Part shown: piece by piece, positions 22,390-36,330 of the stretch
Numbering within the stretch: position 1 is the first letter of the stretch
How the letters are laid out: every line of letters starts with the position of its first letter
From: Tubiluchus corallicola
Taxonomy: Eukaryota > Animalia > Priapulida
Direction of reading: 5' to 3'
Assembly (NCBI GenBank): GCA_030141605.1
Contig: JAQGDQ010000044.1
Span: 1 to 64,000, forward strand
Length of the DNA: 64,000 nt
Position numbers and translations under genes: made by a program
The notes under the pieces: model-generated
Seen by the model: only the letters and a program-made list of their open reading frames with translations
Databases searched by the model: none
Told to the model about the DNA's origin: nothing

Positions 22390-22942
22390 CGCTCTCATTC
22401 GTCCTCTCACTCACTCTCTCTTTTTCTGTTCTTTCCTTTCTGTACCCCTGTTTTTCTTCTTTCTTGCTCTGCTGCTATTGAGTACAATATAAAATTAAAA
22501 ATTGCGTTTCACTATAATGCAAGAAATATAGGAATGGCAGTAAAAATTCTGCACCAACAGAAATATGGATTGACCCTATGTTACCCAACTCAATGGACAA
22601 GTTACCCGAATACGCTAAAATGTCATTTAGAATTTTCCACAGGTGAACTGGTCAATAACTCAATATCTCGAAAATCATGCACATTACTTATATGTAGTAG
22701 TGTGTATTTTCTCTCACAGGTTTCCTTAATTTGCATCTAGAAAGAACATTCCTGCGTCTTGCACTGCTTTACTGAGGGAACCTTAGGACACGTTGATTGG
22801 GACATAGGATGTTCCCGTTTTCATGACGTTGCAGAACGTGTCAGACGTCACAGCGGATCGTTTATGACAACCTAACTGTTTCCCTGTTAGACCTAAATGT
22901 CAGATAAGGAGCTGCCAGGTTCACGAGTTTGAATTTCAGCAC

Positions 22943-23330
22943 AATAAACCTTTTCACAGTTTCGTTGTGCGCACGCGCAAGGTCAAGGTTAAGTGCATCA
23001 CAGCAACGCGTCTTAGCTACAACCGTCACGTGACATGTGGGTAAGGAAAAGCCGTCTGCCGGATAAGTTCCGTATTTTCAGTTGTGTACGTTGAGTTTAC
23101 GTGGATTATGCATTAGACTGTGCGTAGAGTGATTTACTAACAGGATCTTGCTTGGGAACAAGAAAAAATGAACTAGGTAAGATTCTAACTAGCTGCTAAA
23201 ACTGTAACAATTGCAATAGTATGGCTGCGAGGCGTTGTCAATTGTACACAAATGCTGTTGTCTCGTACTTAACCTTTGACCTTTGAGCTTTTCAGATCAT
23301 CTTCAATCGCAGGAACTGTGAAAAATAGTT
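22943..23330. mobile_element. MITE family A, copy 2
   Basis: Collinear similarity to 3324-3706 across about 380 bp. Confidence 0.8.
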
Positions 23331-24680
23331 TCGTGATGTATTGTTGGTTACATTATGCAGTAGTAAAATTTGTATGGCAAGCATTGGAACGTTTTAATAT
23401 GAAACAAACGTAGGTATTGTCAGACGAAATTTATCAGACAATTTTTCTTATAATTTTGTTGCAGCTTTGTCAAGTGCTTATGAAAGTAGCACTTCCGAAA
23501 CGTGATATTAAATAAATGGTATTTTGCCGTTTTGTCACGTTATGGCCGTCGTTTCATCGAGACTCACTGAACGAAACTTTTGATTTTCATGTAGTCCGGT
23601 CATGTCTTAAAAGTTCTATTCTCCAAGTTTGGCTTTGTACGAAACTTCTAAACATTTAAATTCGTTTGCCAGCCATGTTTCAATTCCATATGCCAAGGCG
23701 CTTGTTATGCAAACATCTGATACATTCAATATAAGCGTATCTGCAACTGTCGGAAACTCATTTCCGAAGTAAGCAAATTATTATTTGCTCAGTATAAATA
23801 ACTGTACGAAGTACTTAAAGAAAGAATACATAATTACTTCTGTAATTTTATTGTGCAAGTATGTATGTAGGAAACCTGTCTTATCGCATCATTAACCGTG
23901 TAATTGTTTAATGAAAAGGCCTGATATAAAGTCCAAGGCAGGAAACAACTCGTTGGGAAAGACCTAGCGACTGTGAAAGTTGACGGAGCAGGTCTTTCCC
24001 CACGTTAAGAGGCAAAGCTATCTCTAAACTAAATAAGGACAATGGACGTGTCGGGATAGAAATTCCCAAGATTAAATATTGAATTGTAATAAGCTATGAC
24101 GTCTACTAATACTCATATATTTACAGATTGTATGTTATGAAGTGATAATGTAAATAAGTACATCATGATGTTTTAACTCATTTGTTTATTGATTTCGTTT
24201 ACAAAAATATACAGGTGACACGGCAAAGGTCATCAAACACTAATAAAATACCTTTCGATAACTCTGAAAAAATTCTATAAAAACATTCTAAATTCTATAA
24301 AATTCTATAAATTCTAATGTATTAACAAAAACAAATTTTTGTTCTTGCTCTCTAGAGCAATAGAAAACAATTACAACAACAAGCATACGACAAACATACT
24401 ACATACCACGTTTAACTTTCTCTAAAACATGTCTACCATATCCCTTCCTATTTCTCCATGATGGTATGCGTCGTACAAACTTCAACACAGAAAAATGCTC
24501 AGCACACATTACTAGTGATTCAGCAAGTGACAGAAACACGTTCAACTTTCACCAATCGAAAGCATACTGGGACAGCAGTCGTTTGACATGCACACGTCTG
24601 CGTCATGAAGCCTTCAAAACAGAGATTTACAGCAAACTGCGCCAATCACTCAACACAGTTAGAGAACTGTTTCTGCTTAC

Positions 24681-24696
24681 CTTTCGCTCGAAACAT
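24681..24696 (-). CDS. Candidate first coding exon of KChIP (MFRAK)
   Basis: gccATGTTTCGAGCGAAAG|gtaagc: good Kozak context, in-frame stop just upstream, strong donor, phase 1 compatible with the exon at 19200. No homology support. Confidence 0.45.
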
Positions 24697-27420
24697 GGCG
24701 GACTAAGACTCCGGGAGCAGCCCAGAATAATTACCGTGACACCATGTTTGCCCTTGCCAGAATTTCCAACAAATTGTAAGAAACCTCAGCACTTTTTACC
24801 TTTGGCAGTTTTCATTAGTTTTCCTATTGTTGTAGTGACTTGGCCAGCACAGCTATACGAACTGTTCAGAAACCCAGCCTGCTCTTTGCTTCAGTTAGCT
24901 TTACAAAATATACTAAATCAATACAATACACCCGCTATGTGCTGCGGCAGCCATTAATGAAACATAAATTACATCAAGAGCAACGCGGGCTGGTCATCCA
25001 TAAAACTTTGGCTTCGCTGTTGAAAGTCACTCTTTGTAGGCTTCTCTGCAACACGCAACTGAGGATAGCTGCTGTGTTTTGAGTATTTTCACAGTAAATA
25101 TAGCACAAGTAAACAAAAAACAACAGCATCTATATATGAACTGTACCATGTGATTTGCAACAGTAAAGACCCGTGAGGAAAACCTGATCAGTAGTAGAAC
25201 TAATGTGAAACCGCTTAGCAAGGCTGTTTTGGATATTGTAGATTAAGATTAAACTTAAAACTTCCTTTAGTATCTAGATCTATTATAAGACTAATTAGCG
25301 TTAGACTATAATAAGCTATTATAGGAACATATAGTTCAGAAATGATATAAACAGCCACGGGCATTACGCTATAGAAGTGTCAGAATTAGCAGAGACTGCT
25401 GTGGTTGTAGGAACCTAGGAAGTGGGTATAACATGTTCCTGCCTAGGCGCTGAACGTCTACTAGTCTAAGGTGTAGCATAAATTACTGTCGCCATAGAGA
25501 CACATCTCTCTGTTCCAGTCGCAAATCTTGCAGATTCCTACTTTCAACAACCAAATTCAAATACACTACAAGCTAATCTCCGTCGACACTAAAGGGCCTT
25601 TGTCTCCTCGATCCCTATTTCTCTCCTAACGAGGACAGGGATCAATCAATATTTCTGCGTAACTTATATGATTCAATTTGTCTCACCGAGACCTTTTATT
25701 TGATGTATAACAAACCACTGGACAAACGTCTGTGACAGCACGCCCACTTTCAATCTTTGGCTTCTAGCGGAGAAAGATTCCCTATTCAAATGGCCAACAT
25801 TCCTTCACGCATAAGAACTTGGGCCCATCTAGTCACATACCAAAAATTGAGGCTCTAGCTTAAACATAGAGACTAACGAAAACATGATATGTGTCAGCTG
25901 TCCATGACCCGTTCAATGAAGGTCATCATTCAGTGTTTCCTTGTCTGAGCCCATACCCCAGGTTCCTGCCCTGCAAGTTTCATGACACTAGCTTGTTTAC
26001 TTCAAAGCTACTGACAAACCCCCTGTTTTGACACTTTCTCCGTGTCACGTGACCTGGCCAAGACCATTTGTTGATAAATACTTAGCGCACATCTACCCTC
26101 ACTTGCTAAAATATAGACAGTGACAGCAGCAAAGTGATCAAGTCATTTGTCCTATTTTGCAAAGTTTTGCTCCTGTCGCTGTGACCTTCGACCCAGACTT
26201 CACCTTTGAGCACCTAATCTCAGGTGTCTACACAGCAAGTTCCATGATTCTAACTCTTATGTTAACGGGACATATCGACATGACCTCGTTTTCTACCTCG
26301 TTTACCTCGCCAGCGCCAGCGGCAGCGACAATGACAGGATAAGGGACAGCGACAACGACAGTAACAACACCAACAACAGCAATCAGACATATAGCGATTT
26401 CTACTAAAAAATCCCTGCATTACCAATGTTGTGACAATGTTTTGTTCCGTGAACTTTTCACAAGCGCGTACTAATAACTATTATTACTACTAATTACATT
26501 ATTACTTTAGGCAAATATGCAGGACGTCTGCATTCCCTAGAGCGTAAGTATTGTCTAGACGATCAGTTTCTCTTTATCGTCTGCAAGTGCTGGTGGCAAC
26601 AGTGGCGTGACACGATTAAAACGGTAAATGTCTCACATTGTTGAACTGTGACTTACTCTTACCAGTGTGCTAGTTTTGGGGGCAACACGAAATAAGCACG
26701 TTGTAGCCTCAGAATTCAAGAATAGCGAAGAACCGAATGGGAGGTTTTGAAAAGTGTGTTCAGAATGAACTAATTACAGTGTTGGGTGGACGCACTTTGA
26801 TGACTTATTAACGAAGCACTTACAGCAAAATGTTGTCTGACTTTTTTACCATTGCATGGAGTGGGCAGTTTCTGCACTTAGAAAATTAGGCAAATCGATT
26901 TAAATTTCATGTTTATGAGCTGAAACTCAAAGAAGCTTCACGTCTGGCATATGCGAAACGCTTCCCAGGCCCGATTAAAAGAGAAAAAAATGATAAAAAT
27001 TTCTTTTCTTTTCAAATCATTTCGAAATATTCACAAGATGTTTTACTACAAACTTTTCACGATTGAGTCATTTATTATTATTATTTTTCTTTATTTTCTG
27101 AGATGGCCGAACTTTGATAGCAGTTTCAAAGAAGGAATGGCTGTTGTCAAGTGCCGAGAAGAAGTGTTTGATGTATTTATTGGGTAACAGAACACATATA
27201 TAAATATTAGTACAACTTGTTACAGTCATTTACATAACATACACGTTCACAAAACTACAATTAAAGCATTTATAAAAAATAAACGAAATATTTACACATT
27301 TACAAACATAGGACGACATCAAATATTGATGTATATAACCCATATAAAATAAAAATAACCTAAATACAGAATTTAGATTATTGGAGCAGCATCCCTTTAG
27401 ATATTAACAATAGGGATATG

Positions 27421-27762
27421 TCGGTACCACTCTAAACTACAAACACAACTCCATGGCGGTAGTCAAAGTACTCGGTACCAATCTAAACTACAAACACAAC
27501 TCCATGGCAGTAATCAAAGTACTCGGTACCAATCTAAACTACAAACACAACTCCATGGCAGTAATCAAAGTACTCGGTACCAATCTAAACTACAAACACA
27601 ACTCCATGGCGGTAGTCAAAGTACTCGGTACCAATCTAAACTACAAACACAACTCCATGGCGGTAGTCAAAGTACTCGGTACCAATCTAAACTACAAACA
27701 CAACTCCATGGCGGTAGTCAAAGTACTCGGTACCACTCAGAAGTACAAACACAACTCCATGG
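27421..27762. repeat. 51-bp minisatellite, about 6.7 copies
   Basis: Unit tcggtaccaatctaaactacaaacacaactccatggcggtagtcaaagtac. Confidence 0.95.
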
Positions 27763-29041
27763 ACTCCCCCTACATGCAAATAATTTGCAAATTTGAGTGC
27801 TTTCACTCTCACCATTGGAGTAACAGACTGAACTGCCAAAGAAAAACTTAATTACCTTACAAGAGAAACCAAAAGCCACTGTAAACACAAAAAACATCTA
27901 TTTTATTTTATTTACTTCATTATATTTGTAAAAATCATTAATTTTATAAATGGTTTAAATTCACCAGGCTTAGGACGCTTACATTGCTCCGTAAATACGT
28001 AAAGCTAAAATACATAAGCATAGGACATAAAAAATAATAAAACGTTACAAATATACATAAGCAGGGCATATATACATTACAAATCTCCCAATATCACCAT
28101 CGTTTCAATTGCTTTAAGAATTTTGGCCACTTTCTGGAAAGTGTGTACTACTGCATAAGATGTGTGCTACAATATATTACAGAGAACGTTGAAGTAATTA
28201 TTTTAACAAGCTTTATCCCATAATACTGTTGAGACACTTTTATACGGTAATATAATCCGCTCATACTATAATATTCGGGTTTTCTCGAAGCAATAAATTA
28301 TTAACGCATTGGCTTTTACAGCCGATATTCCTGGCGAGTCCACGGCTTCCCTTGTGTTTCAGTTTGAGTTATGAAAACTGTACAGCAAAATGCCAAACGG
28401 GCAGAAAATGCTCAAGAGAAATCAATAGCAAAATTTGTCTTGGTAGAACAAATCGAAGGCTAACCAACTAGAGTCCTGCGCAGCAGCAGCGCCATCTATA
28501 GGAATCTTTATAGAATAAAAAACGGTGTTGATCATTTGTCAAACTACTCAAAAGTGAACCTTCCTATATAACGCAAAACTATCTTACTATACATACTATC
28601 CTACGGTACACCGTTCCGACTATTCGCAGAGCTAAATTTGTATCTCAACTTGGCACGCGAATATACCGGGAGAGCAAAATGTTGGGGGTGCGCTACCGTT
28701 TGAAGTGCACATTCTGTAACCCCCGCTACTGGAGGAACTTTCGTTAGATTAACCGCATAACTCAGTGTTACGCCGCCGAAGATTGCGCAGTGCGCATGTT
28801 TAGGAACACACCCTAGTCACGTTTACAGCTAAAGCAAAAAACACATCACTGAGCATTTTGGGTTTATTTTATTGCTAACACCTAAACTTTGAGAGATATA
28901 ACAAGGAAAAATGCAACAGTGTAAAGCATAAGGCTAACTTATTCTTTCGCTATACAGAAATTTTCGTGAGTAGTGGTAGCCGCCATTCACTAAAAAATAT
29001 GGGGTAACTAGTGCGGAAAACCAAGTACAACACAAACGTCA

Positions 29042-30397
29042 TTGAAAATGATTTCCTTGTGCTTGGAAAATGATTTTCTGATGCTTTGAAGATGATTTCC
29101 TTGTGCTTGGAAAATGATTTTCTGATGCTTTGAAGATGATTTCCTTGCGCTCTTGAAATGATTTCCTTCTTGAAATGATTTTCACAAAATTTCCTTGTGC
29201 TTGAAAATGATTTTCTGATGCTTTGAAGATGATTTCCTTGCGCTTGGAAATGATTTCCTTGTGCTTGGAAAATGATTTTCTGATGCTTTGAAGATTATTT
29301 CCTTGCACTTGGAAATGATTTCCTTGTGCTTGGAAAATGATTTTCTGATGCTTTGAAGATTATTTCCTTGTGCTTGGAAAATGATTTTCTGATGCTTTGA
29401 AGATGATTTCCTTGCGCTTGGAAATGATTTCCTTGTGCTTGGAAAATGATTTTCTGATGCTTTGAAGATGATTTCCTTGCGCTTGGAAATGATTTCCTGA
29501 CGCTTCTAAAATGATTTCATTTACGCTTGGAAATGTTTTCTAAACGCTTTGAAAAAGATTTCCCGATGCTCTGAAAATGATTTCCTTGTGCTCTGAAAAG
29601 GATTTCCCGATGCTATGAATATGATTTCCTTACGCCTGGAAATGTTTTCTAGACGCTTGAAAATGATTTCCTTACACTTGATAATGATTTTCCGACGCTT
29701 TGAAAATGATTTTCTTACGGATGAAAATGTTTTACCTATGCTAGAAAATGATTTACTGGCGCTTTGAAAAGGATTTTCTTACGGATGAAAATGTTTTACC
29801 TATGCTTGAAAATTATTTCCTGGCGCTTTGAAAATGATTTCCCGACGCTTTGAAAAGGATTTTGTTACGGATGAAAATGTTTTACCTGTGCTTGAAAATG
29901 ATTTCCTGGCGCTTTGAAAATGATTTCCCGACGCTTTGAAAAGGATTTTCTTACGGATGAAAATGTTTTACCTGTGCTTGAAAATGATTTCCTGGCGCTT
30001 TCAAAATGATTTCCTGACGCTTTGAAAATAATTTTCCTATGGATGAAAATGTTTTACCTATACTTGAAAATGATTTCCTTACGCTTGAAAATGATTTTCT
30101 TATGCTTGGAAATGTTTTCTAGACGCTTGAAAATGGTATCCTTGCGTATGAAAATGATTTCCTTATGCTCTGAAAAGGATTTCCCGATGCTGTGAAGATG
30201 ATTTCCTTACGCCTGGAAATGTTTTCTAGATGCTTGAAAATGATTTCCTTACACTTGATAATGATTTTCCGACGCTTTGAAAATGATTTTCTTGCGGATG
30301 AAAATGTTTTACCTATGCTAGAAAATGATTTACTTATGCTTGGAAATGTTTTATTAGACGCTTTGAAAATGGTATCCTTGCGTATGAAAATGATTTC
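29042..30397. repeat. 20-21-bp AT-rich satellite with higher-order variants
   Basis: Unit like ttgaaaatgatttccttgtgc. Confidence 0.92.
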
Positions 30398-30803
30398 GTG
30401 AACGCACGCAGCTTAAAAACTAATTCACATTTCTGCAACTCATTTAATTCGGTTTGATTTATTCACTCTGCATTTAAAAAAAACTACATCAAAATCCTGT
30501 TATATTGGCACAGACTTTGTAAGTTTAAGGTAGCGACTTTTCCTTTAACTCTTCCTTCTCCTCGCATGTTCCACATCCGTAGGAAGTCTTACAGAAACAG
30601 GGAATGAATAAATGAATGGATAGAGGAAAAAAGAATGAAAAGCAACGAAAAGAATGAACGAATAGGCAAAACACAAAGAAAGAAAACAGCAAATGAATAA
30701 AGTAATAGTAAAAAGAACACGCTACAACGTCTGACATTTAAATTTCGCGTTTACACAGTAGATGGCGCCATGGCCTCAGCGCCGCAGTAAGTTTCCTACT
30801 TAC

Positions 30804-30848
30804 CTGCCAAACCTGCCAAGTACAGGCTTCGCAATGCAGTAAATAGAT
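30804..30848 (-). CDS. Candidate 45-nt symmetric cassette exon of KChIP
   Basis: cttttcccgtag|ATCTATTT...TTGGCAG|gtaagt. Phase 1-1 and open: (D)LFTALRSLYLAGLA. Supported by splice signals only. Confidence 0.4.
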
Positions 30849-32193
30849 CTACGGGAAAAGTTCGCAAACTTTCGAGTGTCAATAGGCGCCCGTGTAGCGC
30901 AAAGACCGTTGCAATACTTTAAATTAAGAAGTAACGGCAGTCTTTAATTGTTCTTAATTGCTGCTGGTCACAAAATAGACTAGTCTTGCAAAATTGTGAG
31001 ATAATAATTACGTTGTTGAACTTTGGTGTATTTACAGCCATACTATTCGCAACAGCAACGAAAGTAACTGCTGCAACGACAGAATAATAAACAGCTAGTA
31101 GCATTTATTGTGAAATACAAATTTATACAAAAGTTATAACAAGAAGCTGTTACCGCAAAGACAATTTTAACTAAATTATAAAATTTAGATCTGTAAACTA
31201 AGTTTTTTTATAGAACCCTGTAACATGAATTTATTATACGGGTATAATTGCTAGTTAGTAGTATTACAAAGCAAACATGGGGATCATTTTGACTACATTA
31301 GAATACCAACCAGAATATGGCATTTTAGCAGAACTCGACCATGTCCGACACGTCAGTCAAGTCGGATTATGCCACATTTTGATTACGTTGACACAATGTA
31401 GGCAAATTCTAGTAACTCTTTATTTGTCAAATTGCAAGTTACTCGCAACAGAGATGTTAGAATTATTCTTCGGTGAAAACCTGGACAAAACGTGATCAAA
31501 ATTTGGTCATTACCTTTATTATGTATTTATGTGCTTTGGTTTGATATTAATTTTATTGTACTTTACAACTGCATACAAACTTTAAATTTGTAGGCACAGC
31601 ACCTCATTGTAAACGAGCATATTGAGATCAATGAGTTTTTTCTACTGAATAAAAAATAAATGGAAAACATATACAGGTTTGATATACATGCCACACGTGA
31701 AGTTTAAAAAGCTTGCAGAACAAATTCTGCTAGTGCGTATACGCTAGTTTAACGCTGTACGGGAGAAAATTTATAAATATCATTCTAGAAAAATTGATGA
31801 GGTGCTGAAGTTTTTGATCCCTAAAGAAAAACTCGGAGAATAAGAAATCGGGAATTTGTATAAACTACTTCCCGCATTTAATATCACAGAAATAAGTTTC
31901 GGTTGCTAGACACTGGATGAATTCATAGCAAAAGAAATGTCTCATTATTGAGTGATATAAGACATAATGGGAATGGACGTCGAGTCTTAATCATTGAGAA
32001 TCTCACTAGAACCAGAAAATCAGTCGATAACAAAAATGTGGAGGGCAGGAATCAGAAAAGTGCTGCGTAGACTTTTTAATGGGCCTTGGAAGATCTATGT
32101 TAAAGTAAATTATTATTTAGCCGCTATTCATTTTAAAGCAGAAGAAGTAATTCCAGGAATTAGCAAGCTAGAACGGTACCTTGAAACTAACAA

Positions 32194-33558
32194 GGTACTA
32201 ATATACCGTTTGCCTGGTACTAATATACCTTTCGTGTGGTAGTAATGTACTGCTTGCCTGGTACTAATATACCGTTTACCTGGTACTAATATACCGTTAA
32301 TCTGGTACTAATAAAACCGTTTGCCTGATACTAATATACCGTTTGCCTGGTACTAATATACCGTTTGCCTGGTACTAATATACCGTTTACCTGGTACTAA
32401 TATACCGTTTGCTTGGTACTAATATACCGTTTGCCTGGTACTAATATACCGTTTACCTGGTACTAATATACCATTTACCTGGTACTAATATACCATTTAA
32501 CTGGTACTAATAAAACTGTTTGCCTGATACTAATATACCGTTTGCCTGGTACTAATATACCGTTTACCTGGTACTAATATACCGTTTGCCTGGTACTAAT
32601 ATACCATTTGCCTGGTACTAGTATAGCATTTACCTGGTACTAATATGCCGTTAACCTGGTACTAATATACCGTATACCTGGTACTAATATACCATTTACC
32701 TGGTACTAATATACCGTTTAACTGGTACTAATATACCGTTTACCTGGTACTAATATACCATTTGCCTGGTACTAATATACCATTTACCTGGTACTAATAT
32801 ACCATTTACCTGGTACTAATATACCATTTAACTGGTACTAATATACCGTTTACCTGGTACTAATATACCGTTTGCCTGGTACTAATATACCATTTACCTG
32901 GTACTAATATACCATTTACCTGATACTAATATACCATTTAACTGGTACTAGTATACCGTTTACCTGGTACTAATATACCGTTTGCCTGGTACCAATATAC
33001 CATTTACCTGGTACTAATATACGGTTTACCTGCTACTAATATACCGCTACCAGGTACTAATATACCGTTTACCTGGTACTAATATACCGTTTAACTGGTA
33101 CTAATATACCGTTAACCTGGTACTAATATACCGTTTACCTGGTACTAATATACCGTTTACCTGGTACTAATATACTGTTTGCCTGGTACTAATATACTGT
33201 TTACCTGGTACTAATATACCATTTGCCTGGTATTAATATATCGTTTGCCTGGTACTAATATACCGTTTGCCTGGTACTAATATACCATTTACCTGGTACT
33301 AATATACCATTTAACTGGTACTAATATACCGTTTACCTGGTACTAATATACCGTTTACCTGGTACTAATATACCATTTGCCTGGTATTAATATACCGTTT
33401 GCCTGGTACTAATATACCGTTTACCTGGTACTAATATACCATTTAACTGGTACTAATATACCGTTTGCCTGGTACTAATATACCGTTTACCTGGTACTAA
33501 TATACCATTTAACTGGTACTAATATACCGTTTGCCTGGTACTAATATACCGTTTTCCT
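32194..33558. repeat. 22-bp minisatellite, about 60 copies
   Basis: Unit ctggtactaatataccgtttac. Confidence 0.95.
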
Positions 33559-34002
33559 GCTCACAGAATTTAATATTCCAGAATTTTCACGGCGATGATT
33601 CATGTATCAGATTTACAAACTGTTTAATCTTCACCAATTAAACAATGTTTAATCTAAACATCCAGAACCAGGTACAACAGCGATTCATTTGTAAGCTTTA
33701 AAGCTTAACTAACCCTTAATACTTCATGGTGTTTTCCTTTTTCTTTTGTTTTTTCGTTTTGTTGTTATTGTTAGTTATTTTGTACTTTTTTTCTCTTAAT
33801 ATGCATTAATTAATTGAAGATAGTTTTTAAACTTCGGTATGTCATTGACGTTCTCTTAATATATCCATTCAATTTTTGATAACTTCCTGGTATTTTATTA
33901 TTCTAAGTACAGTGAAAAGTTCGATGATCTGTTTGAGTTTGTGAAGGTATATTTTTAACTTTATAATTTCAAATTTTATTTGTAGTTGTAACATTTTCTC
34001 AA

Positions 34003-34073
34003 CTGCTGTAAAGCGCTTTGAGACATATTATGTAAGGCGCTTAATGAAAATAAATTTATTATTATTATTATTA
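34003..34073 (+). mobile_element. L2-type 3' tail
   Basis: tgtaaagcgctttgag...taaggcgct followed by (att)n. Confidence 0.5.
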
Positions 34074-34507
34074 TATAATTTTCAAATTATTGTCACAGTT
34101 AATCATATTGCAATTAAATAGACCTACAGCAGCTTTTTTATCTCTTGTCACAAATGTCTCAAAAGCATCAACTCGCTTCATACAGCTGTATACTGCTCAT
34201 TTTGTGACAATGTTTGCGGATCAATCCATTTTTTGAGGTAAATGTATAAAAAACAACTTTTTTTTTTACTAATATATCAAACTAGGACCGACATCAATTA
34301 TTTGCAACACAGTTATTAATAACTATGATGCGTACCTGATATTGCAGTGTAAGATTAACCACCACCATCATCATTATCATCATCCAGGTCAATTATTAAT
34401 AACATCATTTGTTTTCGAACGCAATGTACAGATAAGTTACATAAGTGGTTCAATCAAAATAAATTAGTAAACCATTAGTAAAACTAAAAAAAATATTAAA
34501 CATTGAC

Positions 34508-34525
34508 AACAACAATAACAACAAC

Positions 34526-34595
<70 letters not shown>

Positions 34596-34600
34596 AACAA
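34508..34600. repeat. (AAC)n microsatellite
   Basis: Direct reading. Confidence 0.9.
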
Positions 34601-34738
34601 GAACGGATATTATTTATATCCAAGAAGACAAAGCAATTAATTTAAAAGAGTACAACGTATTCTAACGTTTCTCTCAATTTATACTTTGACAAATAATTCC
34701 TGTTTTCAATTCAACATATACAATCTTTTGCTAAGTTT

Positions 34739-34956
34739 AATGTCGTTAGCTGCCTGGAACATAATGTCGTTAGTCGCCTAGAACATAATGTCGTTAGCTG
34801 CCTGGAACATAATGTCGTTAGCTGCCTGGAACATAATGTCGTTAGCTGCCTGGAACATAATGTCGTTAGCTGCCTGGAACATAATGTCGTTAGTCGCCTA
34901 GAACATAATGTCGTTAGCTGCCTGGAACATAATGTCGTTAGCTGCCTGGAACATAA
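34739..34956. repeat. 24-bp minisatellite, 9 copies
   Basis: Unit aatgtcgttagctgcctggaacat. Confidence 0.95.
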
Positions 34957-35371
34957 CTCGCATCCTTTTACAATTTTGCGAGATAGTAGATGAAAATATA
35001 TAAATGCATCTTCTAGAGTAACATTATTTTATACAAGGTGAATTGTTTCCAAAGATTAGTTCTAATTATTATTCATGTTTCATAATCTCATTGATGATAA
35101 CCCCGAAGAATAATTCATATGCCTATGCATATAATTCATAAAAAAAGAAATTTCAATATGAATGTTGTGTGTCTTAATGACGATAAACTTTATCTTATGA
35201 ATTCACTTTTACAGCCATTACAATTCTGTAAAAGTTACTAGACTATCTGGGACTAGGCGTAGTTTCTACGTTACAACTAATAGAGACTTGGTTATTTTGT
35301 TTTGATTCGCGATGATTCAACTCTAAAATATCATACTGGTGTTGTCAGCAAGTATGTCACTGAAAGTTTAA

Positions 35372-35989
35372 AGGAAGACAGGATGATTTTTCATATACTA
35401 CCCCATTTTCAAATCCGACAAAAAGTATACATTTTAACATAATTAATACTGCAAAAGCGTTTCTGACGATTGAATAATAGATTAAAAACTTAATTAACGG
35501 CTGGCGAGCTAAACTATTGATGACATAAGAAACTAACATAATTTTCAACAGCATAAATATTCCACGAGCGTGTTGCACGTGTTTGAGAAAGCGAAAATTG
35601 AAGTACAGTGCTACTGTAAGATATTCATTGTGTCGTACTAAAAGTTGGCAAGTTCTAAGATAAAAATTCAAATTTCAAATTTACAGCTGAGCTCAAGCAT
35701 GAGCTGTCGAACATATGCAGTTCGTCACAAACTAATACGTCTGAACTGAGAGGCACAGCACCTGTTTTTGGGCAATGCGTTTCTGAAATGCAGGCGCAAG
35801 TTTCCGTCTAACTAGAGAATGGCGAAATGCATGTACCAACGAAGAACTAGTGGCGCGAACGCGAAATTGTGTTTGTGTAGTAATAATTCTTTCACGTAAG
35901 TCATTTCTGAAAAAATAGTATGTTTCCTTTCAAAAATTTAAAGAGTAGATTGTTTTGACCTACAGTTTAAGATTGGGTCCGGTTTTCCT
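35372..35989 (+). mobile_element. Kolobok-like non-autonomous element, family B copy 1
   Basis: ttaa|AGGAAGACAGG...CCGGTTTTCCT|taaa; homologous to three other copies in the window. Confidence 0.75.
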
Positions 35990-36039
35990 TAAACATTCTA
36001 GCAAAGAACTGATTTAAAGTTATCCTCACGTGAAATCTT

Positions 36040-36330
36040 TGGTTTGAACTGGAAAATAATCATTACAGACAAACTGTAATAAGCCTCATTTATCGTCATC
36101 CCGGATGCAATCTGAAGTCCTTGGATCAATTTGAAGTTAATCTGGATGTCGTAAAAAACTGAACAGTGAAAATTGAACATTGTACATCATTGGAGATATA
36201 AATTTGATCCTTTTCTCACGTCTTTGCCAGTGATTAGGTAGGTATGTTTTTTGCAAACTATTGCTATCCAATGATTACTCGATGCTTTGTGAAATCATTT
36301 TTGTCTGTACAATTGTTTTGAATTATTGTA
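36040..36330 (+). pseudogene. Degenerate LINE endonuclease fragment
   Basis: IYRHP and YIIGDINL motifs readable among stops and frameshifts. Confidence 0.55.

Noticed and set aside
27421-34956. Regular repeats as CRISPR arrays
   Set aside because: Head-to-tail units without unique spacers, no cas genes, eukaryotic context.
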